Source: Gemmatimonadales bacterium
Lineage (GTDB): Bacteria > Gemmatimonadota > Gemmatimonadetes > Gemmatimonadales > GWC2-71-9
Assembly (NCBI GenBank): GCA_025928645.1
Contig: JAICJD010000003.1
Location: 1-56,069, forward strand
Length of the DNA stretch: 56,069 bases
Direction: 5' to 3'
In this document: positions 9,861 through 17,574 of the stretch, in pieces
Numbering within the stretch: the first letter of the stretch is position 1
Layout: every line of letters starts with the position of its first letter
The notes under the pieces: generated by a model
The model's database searches: none
Seen by the model: only the letters and a program-made list of their open reading frames with translations
Told to the model about the DNA's origin: nothing
Program-made: the position numbers and the translations under genes

Positions 9861-10339
9861 ACGCCGGCTGGCTCTGCGCTCTGGCGGCGCTTCCTCTCCT
9901 CGCCTCCGCCGGCGGCGACCCCCTGACCTTCGCGCTGGACGCGGAGGCGGGCGCAGCCATGCACGATCTCTGGCGGTCCAGCGTGGCCGCCCGCACCGAG
10001 CAGGTGGCCTGCCTGGCCAGCGTGATCCGGGGGGACACGCTCCGCATCACCCGGGTCCGCCCGCTCACGAGCGGCGCCGACTCCATGGCCGTGTCCGCAC
10101 AGGCCTCGCTCGACCTCTGCGGCCCGCCCGAGTGGCAGGGCACGGTCCACACCCATATCGCCATGACGCCGGGGCAGCGACCCTACTCGCTGTTCTCGGG
10201 GGCGGACCGGGGAGTCATGCTCATGTGGTGGCGCCGATGGAAGACCGACGGGACCTTCTGTCTGCTCTACGCGGAGGACCAGGCCCATTGCGAGATCGAC
10301 GGCTCGCACGTGGTGATCCTCCCCAGCGGCAAGTATTGA
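9857..10339 (+). CDS. Exported JAB/MPN+ (JAMM)-like protein, paralog 1
   Basis: GTG overlaps the upstream stop. Signal-like N-terminus; EQVACL ... GTVHTH-x13-SGAD. The CDS is well supported; the family call is inferred. Confidence 0.65.
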   Translation: MNAGWLCALAALPLLASAGGDPLTFALDAEAGAAMHDLWRSSVAARTEQVACLASVIRGDTLRITRVRPLTSGADSMAVSAQASLDLCGPPEWQGTVHTHIAMTPGQRPYSLFSGADRGVMLMWWRRWKTDGTFCLLYAEDQAHCEIDGSHVVILPSGKY

Positions 10340-10884
10340 CGCAAGGCGTCGTCGTCGCCGCGGCGGTGGTCGCCCTGGCGGCGGGCACGCCCGCGGCGGC
10401 ACAGCGCGCGGCCGGCGCCGACACCTCGGCCGCGGCGGCCGACAGTCTGCGGGTGCCTCCCGCGTTCCGCTTCAGCCAGGAGGCCGGCCTCGGCCTCAGG
10501 GCCATGTGGGAGGAAAGCGTCGCGGCCAAGCAGGAGCGGGTGGCGTGTCTCAGCGCCACCATCCGGAACGACACCGTGTTCGTCGCCCGCATCCTGGAGC
10601 TGGCGTCCCACGAAGCCGACTCGATGAGCATCGGGAGCGAGGGGTCGATCGAGCGGTGTGGCCCGCCCGAATGGTCCGGCACGGTCCACACCCACGTCGC
10701 GCTCTACACCGAAGACAGTCCTTCCATGCGCTTCTCGGCCCAGGACCGCGGCGTGATGAGCCGCTGGTATCAGCGCTGGCACGCCGACGGCGTGTTCTGC
10801 CTGGTCTACAGCGCCAGGGACGCGCATTGCGAGGCGGACGGCGTGGTCGGGGGTATGCGGTCGGCGCCGGTCATCGTGCGCTGA
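10336..10884 (+). CDS. Exported JAB/MPN+ (JAMM)-like protein, paralog 2
   Basis: TTG overlaps the upstream stop (TTGA). Signal peptide ending PAAA-Q; ERVACL ... CGPPEW ... GTVHTH-x13-SAQD. Clear paralog of the previous gene. Confidence 0.65.
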   Translation: MTQGVVVAAAVVALAAGTPAAAQRAAGADTSAAAADSLRVPPAFRFSQEAGLGLRAMWEESVAAKQERVACLSATIRNDTVFVARILELASHEADSMSIGSEGSIERCGPPEWSGTVHTHVALYTEDSPSMRFSAQDRGVMSRWYQRWHADGVFCLVYSARDAHCEADGVVGGMRSAPVIVR

Positions 10885-10910
10885 CCGGGGATCGCGCGCG
10901 GCAGCCGGGC

Positions 10911-11279
10911 TTCCGGGTCCCTGACAGTTCACCACGGAACCACGGAAAACACGGACAAGGGCCACGGAAAAGGCGTTTGGTCGACAGCACACCGGCGTTG
11001 GTCGTGGAGCAGGGACCGCGCCGGTGTGCGGTTGACCACCTGCTGTTCTCCGTGGTTTCCTCCGTGCCCCTCCGTGCCTCCGTGGTTCGCTTGTTCCATC
11101 AGCCCCGAGCTCCACTGGTGTGCTGTCACACCACTAGCAGTTTTCCGTGGCCGTTGTCCGTGTTTTCCGTGGTTCCGTGGTGAACTGTCTGGGACCCGGA
11201 ACCAGCCCGGTGTGCCGTTGACCAGAGGCCGTTCTCAGTGGCCCTGTCCGCCTCCGTGGTGACCGTCCGACCCGGAACC
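10911..11279. repeat. Mosaic palindromic repeat array, family A copy 1
   Basis: 61-bp inverted arms at 10911-10971 and 11141-11201 (2 mismatches) made of CACGGA repeats. GCACACCGG-type cores at 10987, 11021, 11115 and 11207. Confidence 0.9.
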
Positions 11280-11291
11280 CCGAACGGAAGA

Positions 11292-11314
11292 GGGCATGCC
11301 GCCACGGCATGCCC
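11292..11314. terminator. Hairpin between the convergent xox and DoxX operons
   Basis: GGGCATGCCG-CCA-CGGCATGCCC, a perfect 10-bp stem. Confidence 0.5.
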
Positions 11315-11341
11315 CCTCGGTCTGCGTCAGCGCGGGCGTCG

Positions 11342-11884
11342 TCAGGAGAACGGTCGTCGGGCGAGGAACGAGCCCGGCCGCGCGGTCCAGAGCCGCGCGT
11401 CGAGGCCCCAGGTCCGGCCGGCCCGAGCCCCGAAGAAGCAGATCATGAGCGTCACCAGCACCAGGTGGAATCCCTGCTGGCCGGGAGACATCCACTGCGT
11501 CGCCAGCCCGTAGTTGGTCGCCAGCACGAGCCCCGCCAGCGACGCCACCCCCGTGAGCAGCCCGAGCGTGAGGCCGATGCCCGTGATCGTCTCCCCGATG
11601 GCCGTGAGCTGCGCGAAGGTCTCCGGGTGGGTCAGCACCGTGTTCTCGAGGAAGTGTTTGTAGAACAGTATCGGATTTCCCTCCGCCTGCTTGCTCACGA
11701 TCTTGGGCATGGTGCTGATCCAGCGCGCCGACGCGCCGGGCAGCGGCACCACCCCGCCCACCATCACGATGCCCAGCTTGGTGATAACCGCCTTGGCGAA
11801 GTACAGCCCCACGACGATGCGCGCGACGGCGAGCCAGCGGTCGGGGTGGGACATGCTCGCGGCGGTGCGGGTCGCGTAGGCCAT
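11342..11884 (-). CDS. DoxX/TQO small-subunit family membrane protein
   Basis: GAGGAG RBS, ARIVVGLYF, GETITGIGLTLGLLT and C-terminal GRTWGLD. Confidence 0.75.
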   Translation of the reverse strand: MAYATRTAASMSHPDRWLAVARIVVGLYFAKAVITKLGIVMVGGVVPLPGASARWISTMPKIVSKQAEGNPILFYKHFLENTVLTHPETFAQLTAIGETITGIGLTLGLLTGVASLAGLVLATNYGLATQWMSPGQQGFHLVLVTLMICFFGARAGRTWGLDARLWTARPGSFLARRPFS

Positions 11885-11923
11885 CGGCGGGGGCTCCTCG
11901 GTTCGGGTCGGTCCTGCGCTGTG

Positions 11924-13978
11924 CTAAACCTCCACCCCAAGCTCCGAAAACACAAACGACCAGGTGTCGGTCAACTCCTCCAGTACCTTGGCCAGCGGCT
12001 TCCCCGCCCCATGGCCGGCTCTCGCCTCGAGCCGCAGGAGCACGGGGCGGCCGGACGTCGTTGCCGCCTGAAGGCGGGCGGCCATCTTCCGCGCGTGCAT
12101 GGGATCGACCCGGGTGTCGCTCTCTGCGGTGGCGAGGAGGACCGCCGGATACGCGACGCCCGCCTGCACCTGATGATAAGGCGAATATGCCCGGAGCCAG
12201 CCGTAGGCTTCGGCGTCCTCGGGCGAGCCGTATTCGGGAATCCAGAGCCGCGCGATCAGGAACCGGTGGTAGCGCAGCATGTCGAGCAGCGGCACCTGGA
12301 TGACCACGGCGCGGAACAGCTCGGGCCGCTGCGTGAGCACCGCGCCCATGAGAAGGCCGCCGTTCGAGCCTCCCGCGGCCGCGAGCCGCTCCGGCCGGGT
12401 ATAGCGCTCGCGCACGAGCCACTCCGCGGCCGCGATGAAGTCGTCGAAGCTGTTCTGCTTGCGGCCCAGCATGCCGCCCTGGTGCCAGGCCTCGCCGTAC
12501 TCCCCGCCGCCCCGAATGTTGGGAATGGCGACCAGCCCGCCGCGCTCGAGCCAGAGCAGCAGCGAGCGCGAGAAGGCCGGCGTCATGCTGATGTTGAACC
12601 CGCCGTAACCCGTGAGATACGTCGGCGCCGTTCCATCCCGGGCGAGGCCGCGCCGGTGGACCAGGAACATGGTCACCTCCGTGCCGTCGCGCGAGCGCAC
12701 CGCCGCCTGGCTCACTTCGTACCGTTCGGGCTCCACGTCTGCCTCGACCCTCCGCCAGAGCTCCTGCTCTCCGGACTCCACGTCGAGCCGGTACACGGTC
12801 GGCGGCACGGTGTACGACGAGAACCCGTAGAACAGCTCGCGGCCGTCCCACTCCGCGCCGAGGCCGAACAGGCTGCCGAGCGCCGGCAGCGGCACTTCCC
12901 GGCGAAGGCCGCCGTCCAGGTCGGCGAGGCGCAGGCGGGATGACGCGCGCTCGAGGTAGCTCAAGGCGAGCCGGTCGCCCAGGACGCTCGCGCCCTCGAG
13001 CACCGCCTCGGGCCGGGGGGGCACCAGCTCGCGCCAGTGGCCGCGCTCGGGACGTTCCGGATCGACCTCGTACATGCGGTAGGTCGGCGCGTCGAGGTTG
13101 GTCCGGAGATACAGACGTCCGCGCACGACCTCGCCGTCGAACGAGAACGGCAGGTTCTCGGCCACGGGCACGAGCGCCGGCGACACCGTGCCGCCCGCGC
13201 GGTCGCCGAGGTAGAGATCGGTCTGGTCGAACGTCCGGGCGACGCTCACCACGAGCCAGCGCCCGTCCGGCGACACGCTCATGCCCGGCCAGTGCTCCTT
13301 CTCCCTCGGCGCGAACACCAGCTCGTCGGCGTCGGGATCCATGCCGAGCCGGTGGAAGTAGATCGCGCGGTGGTAGTGCTCCTCGCCGTTGGGCACCGTG
13401 CCGGGCGCCGGATAGCGGGTGTAGTAGAAGCCCGAGCCCTCGGGCAGCCACGCGAGGTCCGCCGCCCGGGTGCGGTCGATCCGCTCGGCCAGCGCGGTGC
13501 CGTGCTCCACGTCGAGGACGTGCAGCACGCTCTGCTCGCTGCCGTCGCGCGAGAGCCCGTAGGCGAGAAGCCGGCCGTCGTCGCTCGGATAGTACCAGTC
13601 GAGGGCCGTAGTCCCGGCGGGGTCCAGCGCGTTGGGGTCCACGGCGACGCGATCGTCGCCGTGCACGCCTTCGCGTACGTAGAGCACGGGCTGGTTCTGG
13701 CGTCCGTCGCGGCGCAGGTAGAAATATCGCCCGCGCGCGGGCGCGGGCGCGCTGACGGCGCCGATCGCGAGCAGCTCATCGAGCCGCCGCCGGATCGCGT
13801 CGCGTCCCGGCACGGCAGCGAGCCAGCGCTCCGTCAGCGCGTTCTGCCGTTCGGTCCAGGCGCGGACCGCGGGATCGTCGCCGTCCTCGAGCCAGCGGTA
13901 GGGGTCGGCGACGGTGTCGCCGTGGAGGGTCTCGACCGCCTCGACCGTCGGGGTCGGGGGATACTCGGGCTCAGTCAC
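11924..13978 (-). CDS. Prolyl oligopeptidase (S9A)
   Basis: GTG overlaps the pfkA 3' end. DPYRWLE, GYGGF, RGGGEYG, catalytic GGSNGG, DTRV and AGHG. Confidence 0.92.
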   Translation of the reverse strand: MTEPEYPPTPTVEAVETLHGDTVADPYRWLEDGDDPAVRAWTERQNALTERWLAAVPGRDAIRRRLDELLAIGAVSAPAPARGRYFYLRRDGRQNQPVLYVREGVHGDDRVAVDPNALDPAGTTALDWYYPSDDGRLLAYGLSRDGSEQSVLHVLDVEHGTALAERIDRTRAADLAWLPEGSGFYYTRYPAPGTVPNGEEHYHRAIYFHRLGMDPDADELVFAPREKEHWPGMSVSPDGRWLVVSVARTFDQTDLYLGDRAGGTVSPALVPVAENLPFSFDGEVVRGRLYLRTNLDAPTYRMYEVDPERPERGHWRELVPPRPEAVLEGASVLGDRLALSYLERASSRLRLADLDGGLRREVPLPALGSLFGLGAEWDGRELFYGFSSYTVPPTVYRLDVESGEQELWRRVEADVEPERYEVSQAAVRSRDGTEVTMFLVHRRGLARDGTAPTYLTGYGGFNISMTPAFSRSLLLWLERGGLVAIPNIRGGGEYGEAWHQGGMLGRKQNSFDDFIAAAEWLVRERYTRPERLAAAGGSNGGLLMGAVLTQRPELFRAVVIQVPLLDMLRYHRFLIARLWIPEYGSPEDAEAYGWLRAYSPYHQVQAGVAYPAVLLATAESDTRVDPMHARKMAARLQAATTSGRPVLLRLEARAGHGAGKPLAKVLEELTDTWSFVFSELGVEV

Positions 13979-15050
13979 CCAGGCAGATCCCCAGGTCGCG
14001 GGCGGTGCGGATGGTGTCGCAGTCGAGCGGGACGAACTTGGCCCGGCCCACGACGTTCTCGAGCGGGATGCGGGTGATGTCCTGCCCGTTGAGGCCCACC
14101 ATCGTCCCGAACGCGCCCTCGGCGATCGCCCGCACGGCCGCGGCGCCGAACCGGAGCGCCAGCAGCCGGTCGTAGGTCGTGGGCGACCCGCCGCGCTGCA
14201 GATGCCCCAGGACGAGGGTCCGGGTCTCTTTGCCGGTGTGCACCTCGATGGCGCGGGCGACCTTGCTCGCGATCCCGCCGAGCCGGTCCACCGTGCCCAC
14301 GCCCCGCCGCTCGAGCAGCTCGATCGCCCCGTCCTTGGGACGGGCCCCCTCGGCGGCCACCACGATGCTGAAATGGCGGCCGGCCTCTTCGCGGCTGCGG
14401 ATCTTGCCGCACACCTTCTCGATGTCGAACGGGATCTCGGGCAGGAGGATGACGTCGGCGCTGCCGGAGAGGCCGCTGTAGAGCGCGATCCACCCGGCAT
14501 AGCGGCCCATCAGCTCGACCACGATCACGCGGTCGTGGCTCTCGGCGGTAGAGTGGAGCTTGTCGATCGCCTCGGTCGCGGTGCTCACGGCCGTGTCGAA
14601 CCCGAAGGTCCGCTGGGTGCTGCTCACGTCGTTGTCGATCGTCTTCGGCACGCACACCACCGGGAGCCCCTTGCGCCAGAGATCGTGCGAGATCTGCAGG
14701 CTCCCGTCGCCGCCGATAGAGACCAGCGCGTCGAAGCCGCTCGCCTGAAAGGCGGCCACGAGGTCGTCCGAGCGGTCGCGCTCGATGGCCTCGCCCTGAT
14801 CGTCCCGGGAGATGTAGCGGAAGGGATTGCCCCGATTGGTGGTGCCGAGAATCGTGCCGCCGAGGTGGGTGATCCCGCGGACCTCGGCCGGGCCGAGCGG
14901 GACGACGCCGTTGAAGGACAGCAGGCCCTCGTAGCCCCGCTGGATTCCGTAGGACTTCCAGCCCCGATGGTAGGCCGACAGCACGACCGCACGGATCACC
15001 GCATTCAACCCCGGCGCGTCGCCGCCGCCGGTGGAGATGGCAATCCGCAT
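13971..15050 (-). CDS. pfkA: 6-phosphofructokinase
   Basis: TGGGDAPGLN, GGTILGT, GGDGS, PKTIDND, ELMGR, LGHLQRGG. Confidence 0.93.
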   Translation of the reverse strand: MRIAISTGGGDAPGLNAVIRAVVLSAYHRGWKSYGIQRGYEGLLSFNGVVPLGPAEVRGITHLGGTILGTTNRGNPFRYISRDDQGEAIERDRSDDLVAAFQASGFDALVSIGGDGSLQISHDLWRKGLPVVCVPKTIDNDVSSTQRTFGFDTAVSTATEAIDKLHSTAESHDRVIVVELMGRYAGWIALYSGLSGSADVILLPEIPFDIEKVCGKIRSREEAGRHFSIVVAAEGARPKDGAIELLERRGVGTVDRLGGIASKVARAIEVHTGKETRTLVLGHLQRGGSPTTYDRLLALRFGAAAVRAIAEGAFGTMVGLNGQDITRIPLENVVGRAKFVPLDCDTIRTARDLGICLGD

Positions 15051-15051
15051 G

Positions 15052-15279
15052 TCAGCCCGACTGCCGGATCAAACGCATGATCTCCCCAGGCTCCGGATGC
15101 CGCCGGAGCGCCCGCTTGGAATAGATGAGTTTGCCGTCCACGGTCACCTCGAAGACACCGCCGGAAGATGGAATGAGACGGACCTCGGCGTCGGGCCACG
15201 CCTGCTTGAGCTCAGCCGCCAGACTGGCGGCTCGGGGTTGGTAGTTTCAGACGACGCAAAACTCGATAACCGCGCGCAT
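15052..15279 (-). CDS. SelW/SelT/SelH (Rdx) family selenoprotein, 75 aa, Sec at codon 11
   Basis: AAGGAG RBS. Reads MRAVIEFCVV-U(TGA 15249-15247)-NYQPRAASLAAELK...SSGGVFEVTVDGKLIYSK...HPEPGEI, giving the CxxU and GxFEV Rdx motifs. Not in the ORF track. Confidence 0.9.
15214..15232 (-). promoter_or_regulatory. Candidate bacterial SECIS hairpin
   Basis: AGCCGCC-AGTCT-GGCGGCT begins 14 nt after the in-frame UGA. Confidence 0.75.
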
Positions 15280-15401
15280 TACGACTCCTTGTCGCATCGG
15301 GGATGCAGGCCGTCGAATCGTAGCGGAGACCGAAGAGCAATGCCAACCCTGGTGACGCGCCTCCTTGTCAGGCCTTCCCTGGAGCCGTATCTATTTGGCT
15401 T

Positions 15402-17027
15402 ATGCGAACCTACCCACAGCGTGCCACCCGCCCGGCCGCCCGGACCGGCGTGCTGGTCGGCGGACTCCTGCTGCTGGCCTTGAGTCACACGGCGGCGGCG
15501 CAGCAGCGGAAGTATCTCTTCGAGGTCGGGGCGGCGGGGCTGTACCAGTCGTTCGATACCGCCACCAAGCTGGGCGGCAGCGTCGGCGGGAGCGGGCGGA
15601 TCGGGGTGTGGTTGCCGCTCAACTTCTCCGTCGAAGCCGAGGGGCTGTTCACCTCGCCGAAAAGCGACGTGGGCAGCAATTCGGTCGGGGTGCGGAATCT
15701 GGCCATCTCGGCGCTGTACAACGTGCTGATCGGCGGGTCAAATTCGGTGTTCCTCCGCGCCGGGCTGGGGTCGACCAAGTACGGCAGCGAATGCCCCGGC
15801 GTGGCCTCGCCCGACGATCCTGCGTGCGGCTCGAGCACGGCCTTCATCGGCGGCGCCGGGTTTCGCGTGGGCGTGACGCCGATCCTCATGGTACGGGGCG
15901 ACGGCCTCCTGCTCCGCAACCGGAGCAAGGGGCAGCCGAACGCTTCACCCCCGGTCGCGCCGCGGACCGTGCTCAACTACGGCGCCAGTCTCGGGCTGAG
16001 CGTCATGCTGGGCAGCCGCCCGATCATGGACGCCGACGGCGACGGGGTGCTCGACAACCGCGACCGCTGCGCCGACACGCCGGCGGGCGCCACGGTGGAC
16101 TCGCGCGGGTGTCCGAGCGACAGCGACGGCGACGGGGTGCCCGATGGCGTGGATCGCTGCCCCACAACGGTCGCCGGCGCGTCGGTGGACTCGCGCGGCT
16201 GCTCGCAGGACACCGACGGCGACAACATCCCCGACGGGCTCGACCGCTGCCCCGACACGCCGTCCGGCGTGCTGGTGGATCCGCGCGGCTGCCCCAAGGA
16301 CAGCGACGGAGACCAGATCCCGGATGGGCTGGACCGCTGCTCCGACACGCCCCACGGCGCCACCGTGGACGCCCTCGGCTGCCCGGGCGACGAGGACGGC
16401 GACGGCGTGCTCGACGGACTGGATCGGTGCCCGCGCACGCAGGCGGGTGCCGCGGTGAACGCGGAAGGCTGCTCGCAGGGCCAGGCCCCGAGCCGCCCCG
16501 CGCCGTCGGGCGCCGCGCCGCCTGCCCAACCCGGCCAGGCGGCGGCACCCCCCGCCCAGCGAAGCGGCGGCACCCCCAATGCCCAAGCGTCGCCGAGGCC
16601 GGCGATCGACACCAACGGCCGGGTCATTCCCCGGCAGAACGTGACCGTGCCGCGCTCCGCGGCGGGAATGGGACCGGTCAGCGCGTCCGTGCTGTCGGGC
16701 GTGAGCTTCGTGCCGGGCACGGCCCGGCTGCAGCCGTCGGCGTACGAGACGCTCGACTCGATCGCCGATCTGCTCCACCGGAACCCATCGGCGCACGTCG
16801 AGATCGGCGCGCACACCGACAAGAGCGGCTCCGCGAACGACGATCAGCGCATCACCTCGCTTCAAGCCGAAGCCGTACGCGACTACCTGGTGGTCAAGGG
16901 CGTGAGCTACCAGCAGGTCGTGGCGCGCGGGTACGGCTCGTCGGTGCCGCTCACCCCCGACACGACGCCGCGGGGGCGGGAAGCCAACCGCAGGGTCGAA
17001 ATCCGTCCGGTGACCCCGGGGCCATGA
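15402..17027 (+). CDS. OmpA-family outer membrane protein with thrombospondin type-3 repeats
   Basis: Signal peptide, beta-barrel-like N-terminal half, five DxDGDGVxDxxDRCPxT repeats, Pro/Ala linker, and OmpA C-domain (AHTD...RGYG...NRRVEI). Confidence 0.88.
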   Translation: MRTYPQRATRPAARTGVLVGGLLLLALSHTAAAQQRKYLFEVGAAGLYQSFDTATKLGGSVGGSGRIGVWLPLNFSVEAEGLFTSPKSDVGSNSVGVRNLAISALYNVLIGGSNSVFLRAGLGSTKYGSECPGVASPDDPACGSSTAFIGGAGFRVGVTPILMVRGDGLLLRNRSKGQPNASPPVAPRTVLNYGASLGLSVMLGSRPIMDADGDGVLDNRDRCADTPAGATVDSRGCPSDSDGDGVPDGVDRCPTTVAGASVDSRGCSQDTDGDNIPDGLDRCPDTPSGVLVDPRGCPKDSDGDQIPDGLDRCSDTPHGATVDALGCPGDEDGDGVLDGLDRCPRTQAGAAVNAEGCSQGQAPSRPAPSGAAPPAQPGQAAAPPAQRSGGTPNAQASPRPAIDTNGRVIPRQNVTVPRSAAGMGPVSASVLSGVSFVPGTARLQPSAYETLDSIADLLHRNPSAHVEIGAHTDKSGSANDDQRITSLQAEAVRDYLVVKGVSYQQVVARGYGSSVPLTPDTTPRGREANRRVEIRPVTPGP

Positions 17028-17042
17028 TTGGAGGCAGGAAAT

Positions 17043-17079
17043 TTCACCACGGAACCACGGAAGGCACGGACACCGGCAG
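17043..17079 (+). repeat. Solo partial unit of repeat family A
   Basis: TTCACCACGGAACCACGGAAGGCACGGACACCGG matches the family A arm. Confidence 0.7.
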
Positions 17080-17124
17080 TATTCTCCATAGCCTGCATTC
17101 AGTCGACGTCACCCGAGAGGAGCC

Positions 17125-17508
17125 ATGATGCACATCCAGACTCGTGTCGGTCTGCTGCTCGCGTTCGCCGCCGTGCTGGGAGCGCGCCCCGCCGCGGCCC
17201 AGGCCGACAGCGTGACGCCGGCCATGATCGCGCAGGGCGACAGCATCTTCCACAGCAAGGGCAACTGCTACGCCTGCCACGGCACCAACGCGCTGGGGGC
17301 GGTGGGGCCCAACCTGACCGACTCCGAGTGGATCCACAGCGATGGCTCCTACCCGGCCATCGTGAAGCAGGTGACGACGGGTGTGCCGCAGGCCGAATCG
17401 AAGAGCGGCATCGTGATGCCGCCCAAGGGCGGCGCCGACCTCTCCGACGCCGAGGTCAAGGCGGTCGCCGCGTACGTCTATTCGTTGAGCCACAAGAAGC
17501 CGTCCTGA
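17125..17508 (+). CDS. Monoheme c-type cytochrome
   Basis: GAGGAG RBS, signal peptide, CYACH, GPNLTD, distal MPPKGG. Confidence 0.88.
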   Translation: MMHIQTRVGLLLAFAAVLGARPAAAQADSVTPAMIAQGDSIFHSKGNCYACHGTNALGAVGPNLTDSEWIHSDGSYPAIVKQVTTGVPQAESKSGIVMPPKGGADLSDAEVKAVAAYVYSLSHKKPS

Positions 17509-17535
17509 CGCTGGGCGCTGTCGCTCGGGCCGGCG

Positions 17536-17560
17536 AGGGCGCACCGCGGTGCGCCCTTTT
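17536..17560 (+). terminator. Intrinsic terminator
   Basis: AGGGCGCAC-CGCG-GTGCGCCCT followed by TTT. Confidence 0.65.
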
Positions 17561-17574
17561 CGCTACCTTGTACC

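Noticed and set aside
10929-11262. Small ORFs inside family A arrays (also 41997-42359, 45065-45457)
   Set aside because: They are translations of the repeat units, such as SVFSVVPW and NHGKHGQ.
15031-15483. 150-aa plus-strand ORF
   Set aside because: Antisense to the selenoprotein gene, which has an RBS, family motifs and a SECIS.
16030-16475. Periodic DNA repeats in the OmpA gene
   Set aside because: Explained by thrombospondin type-3 protein repeats.
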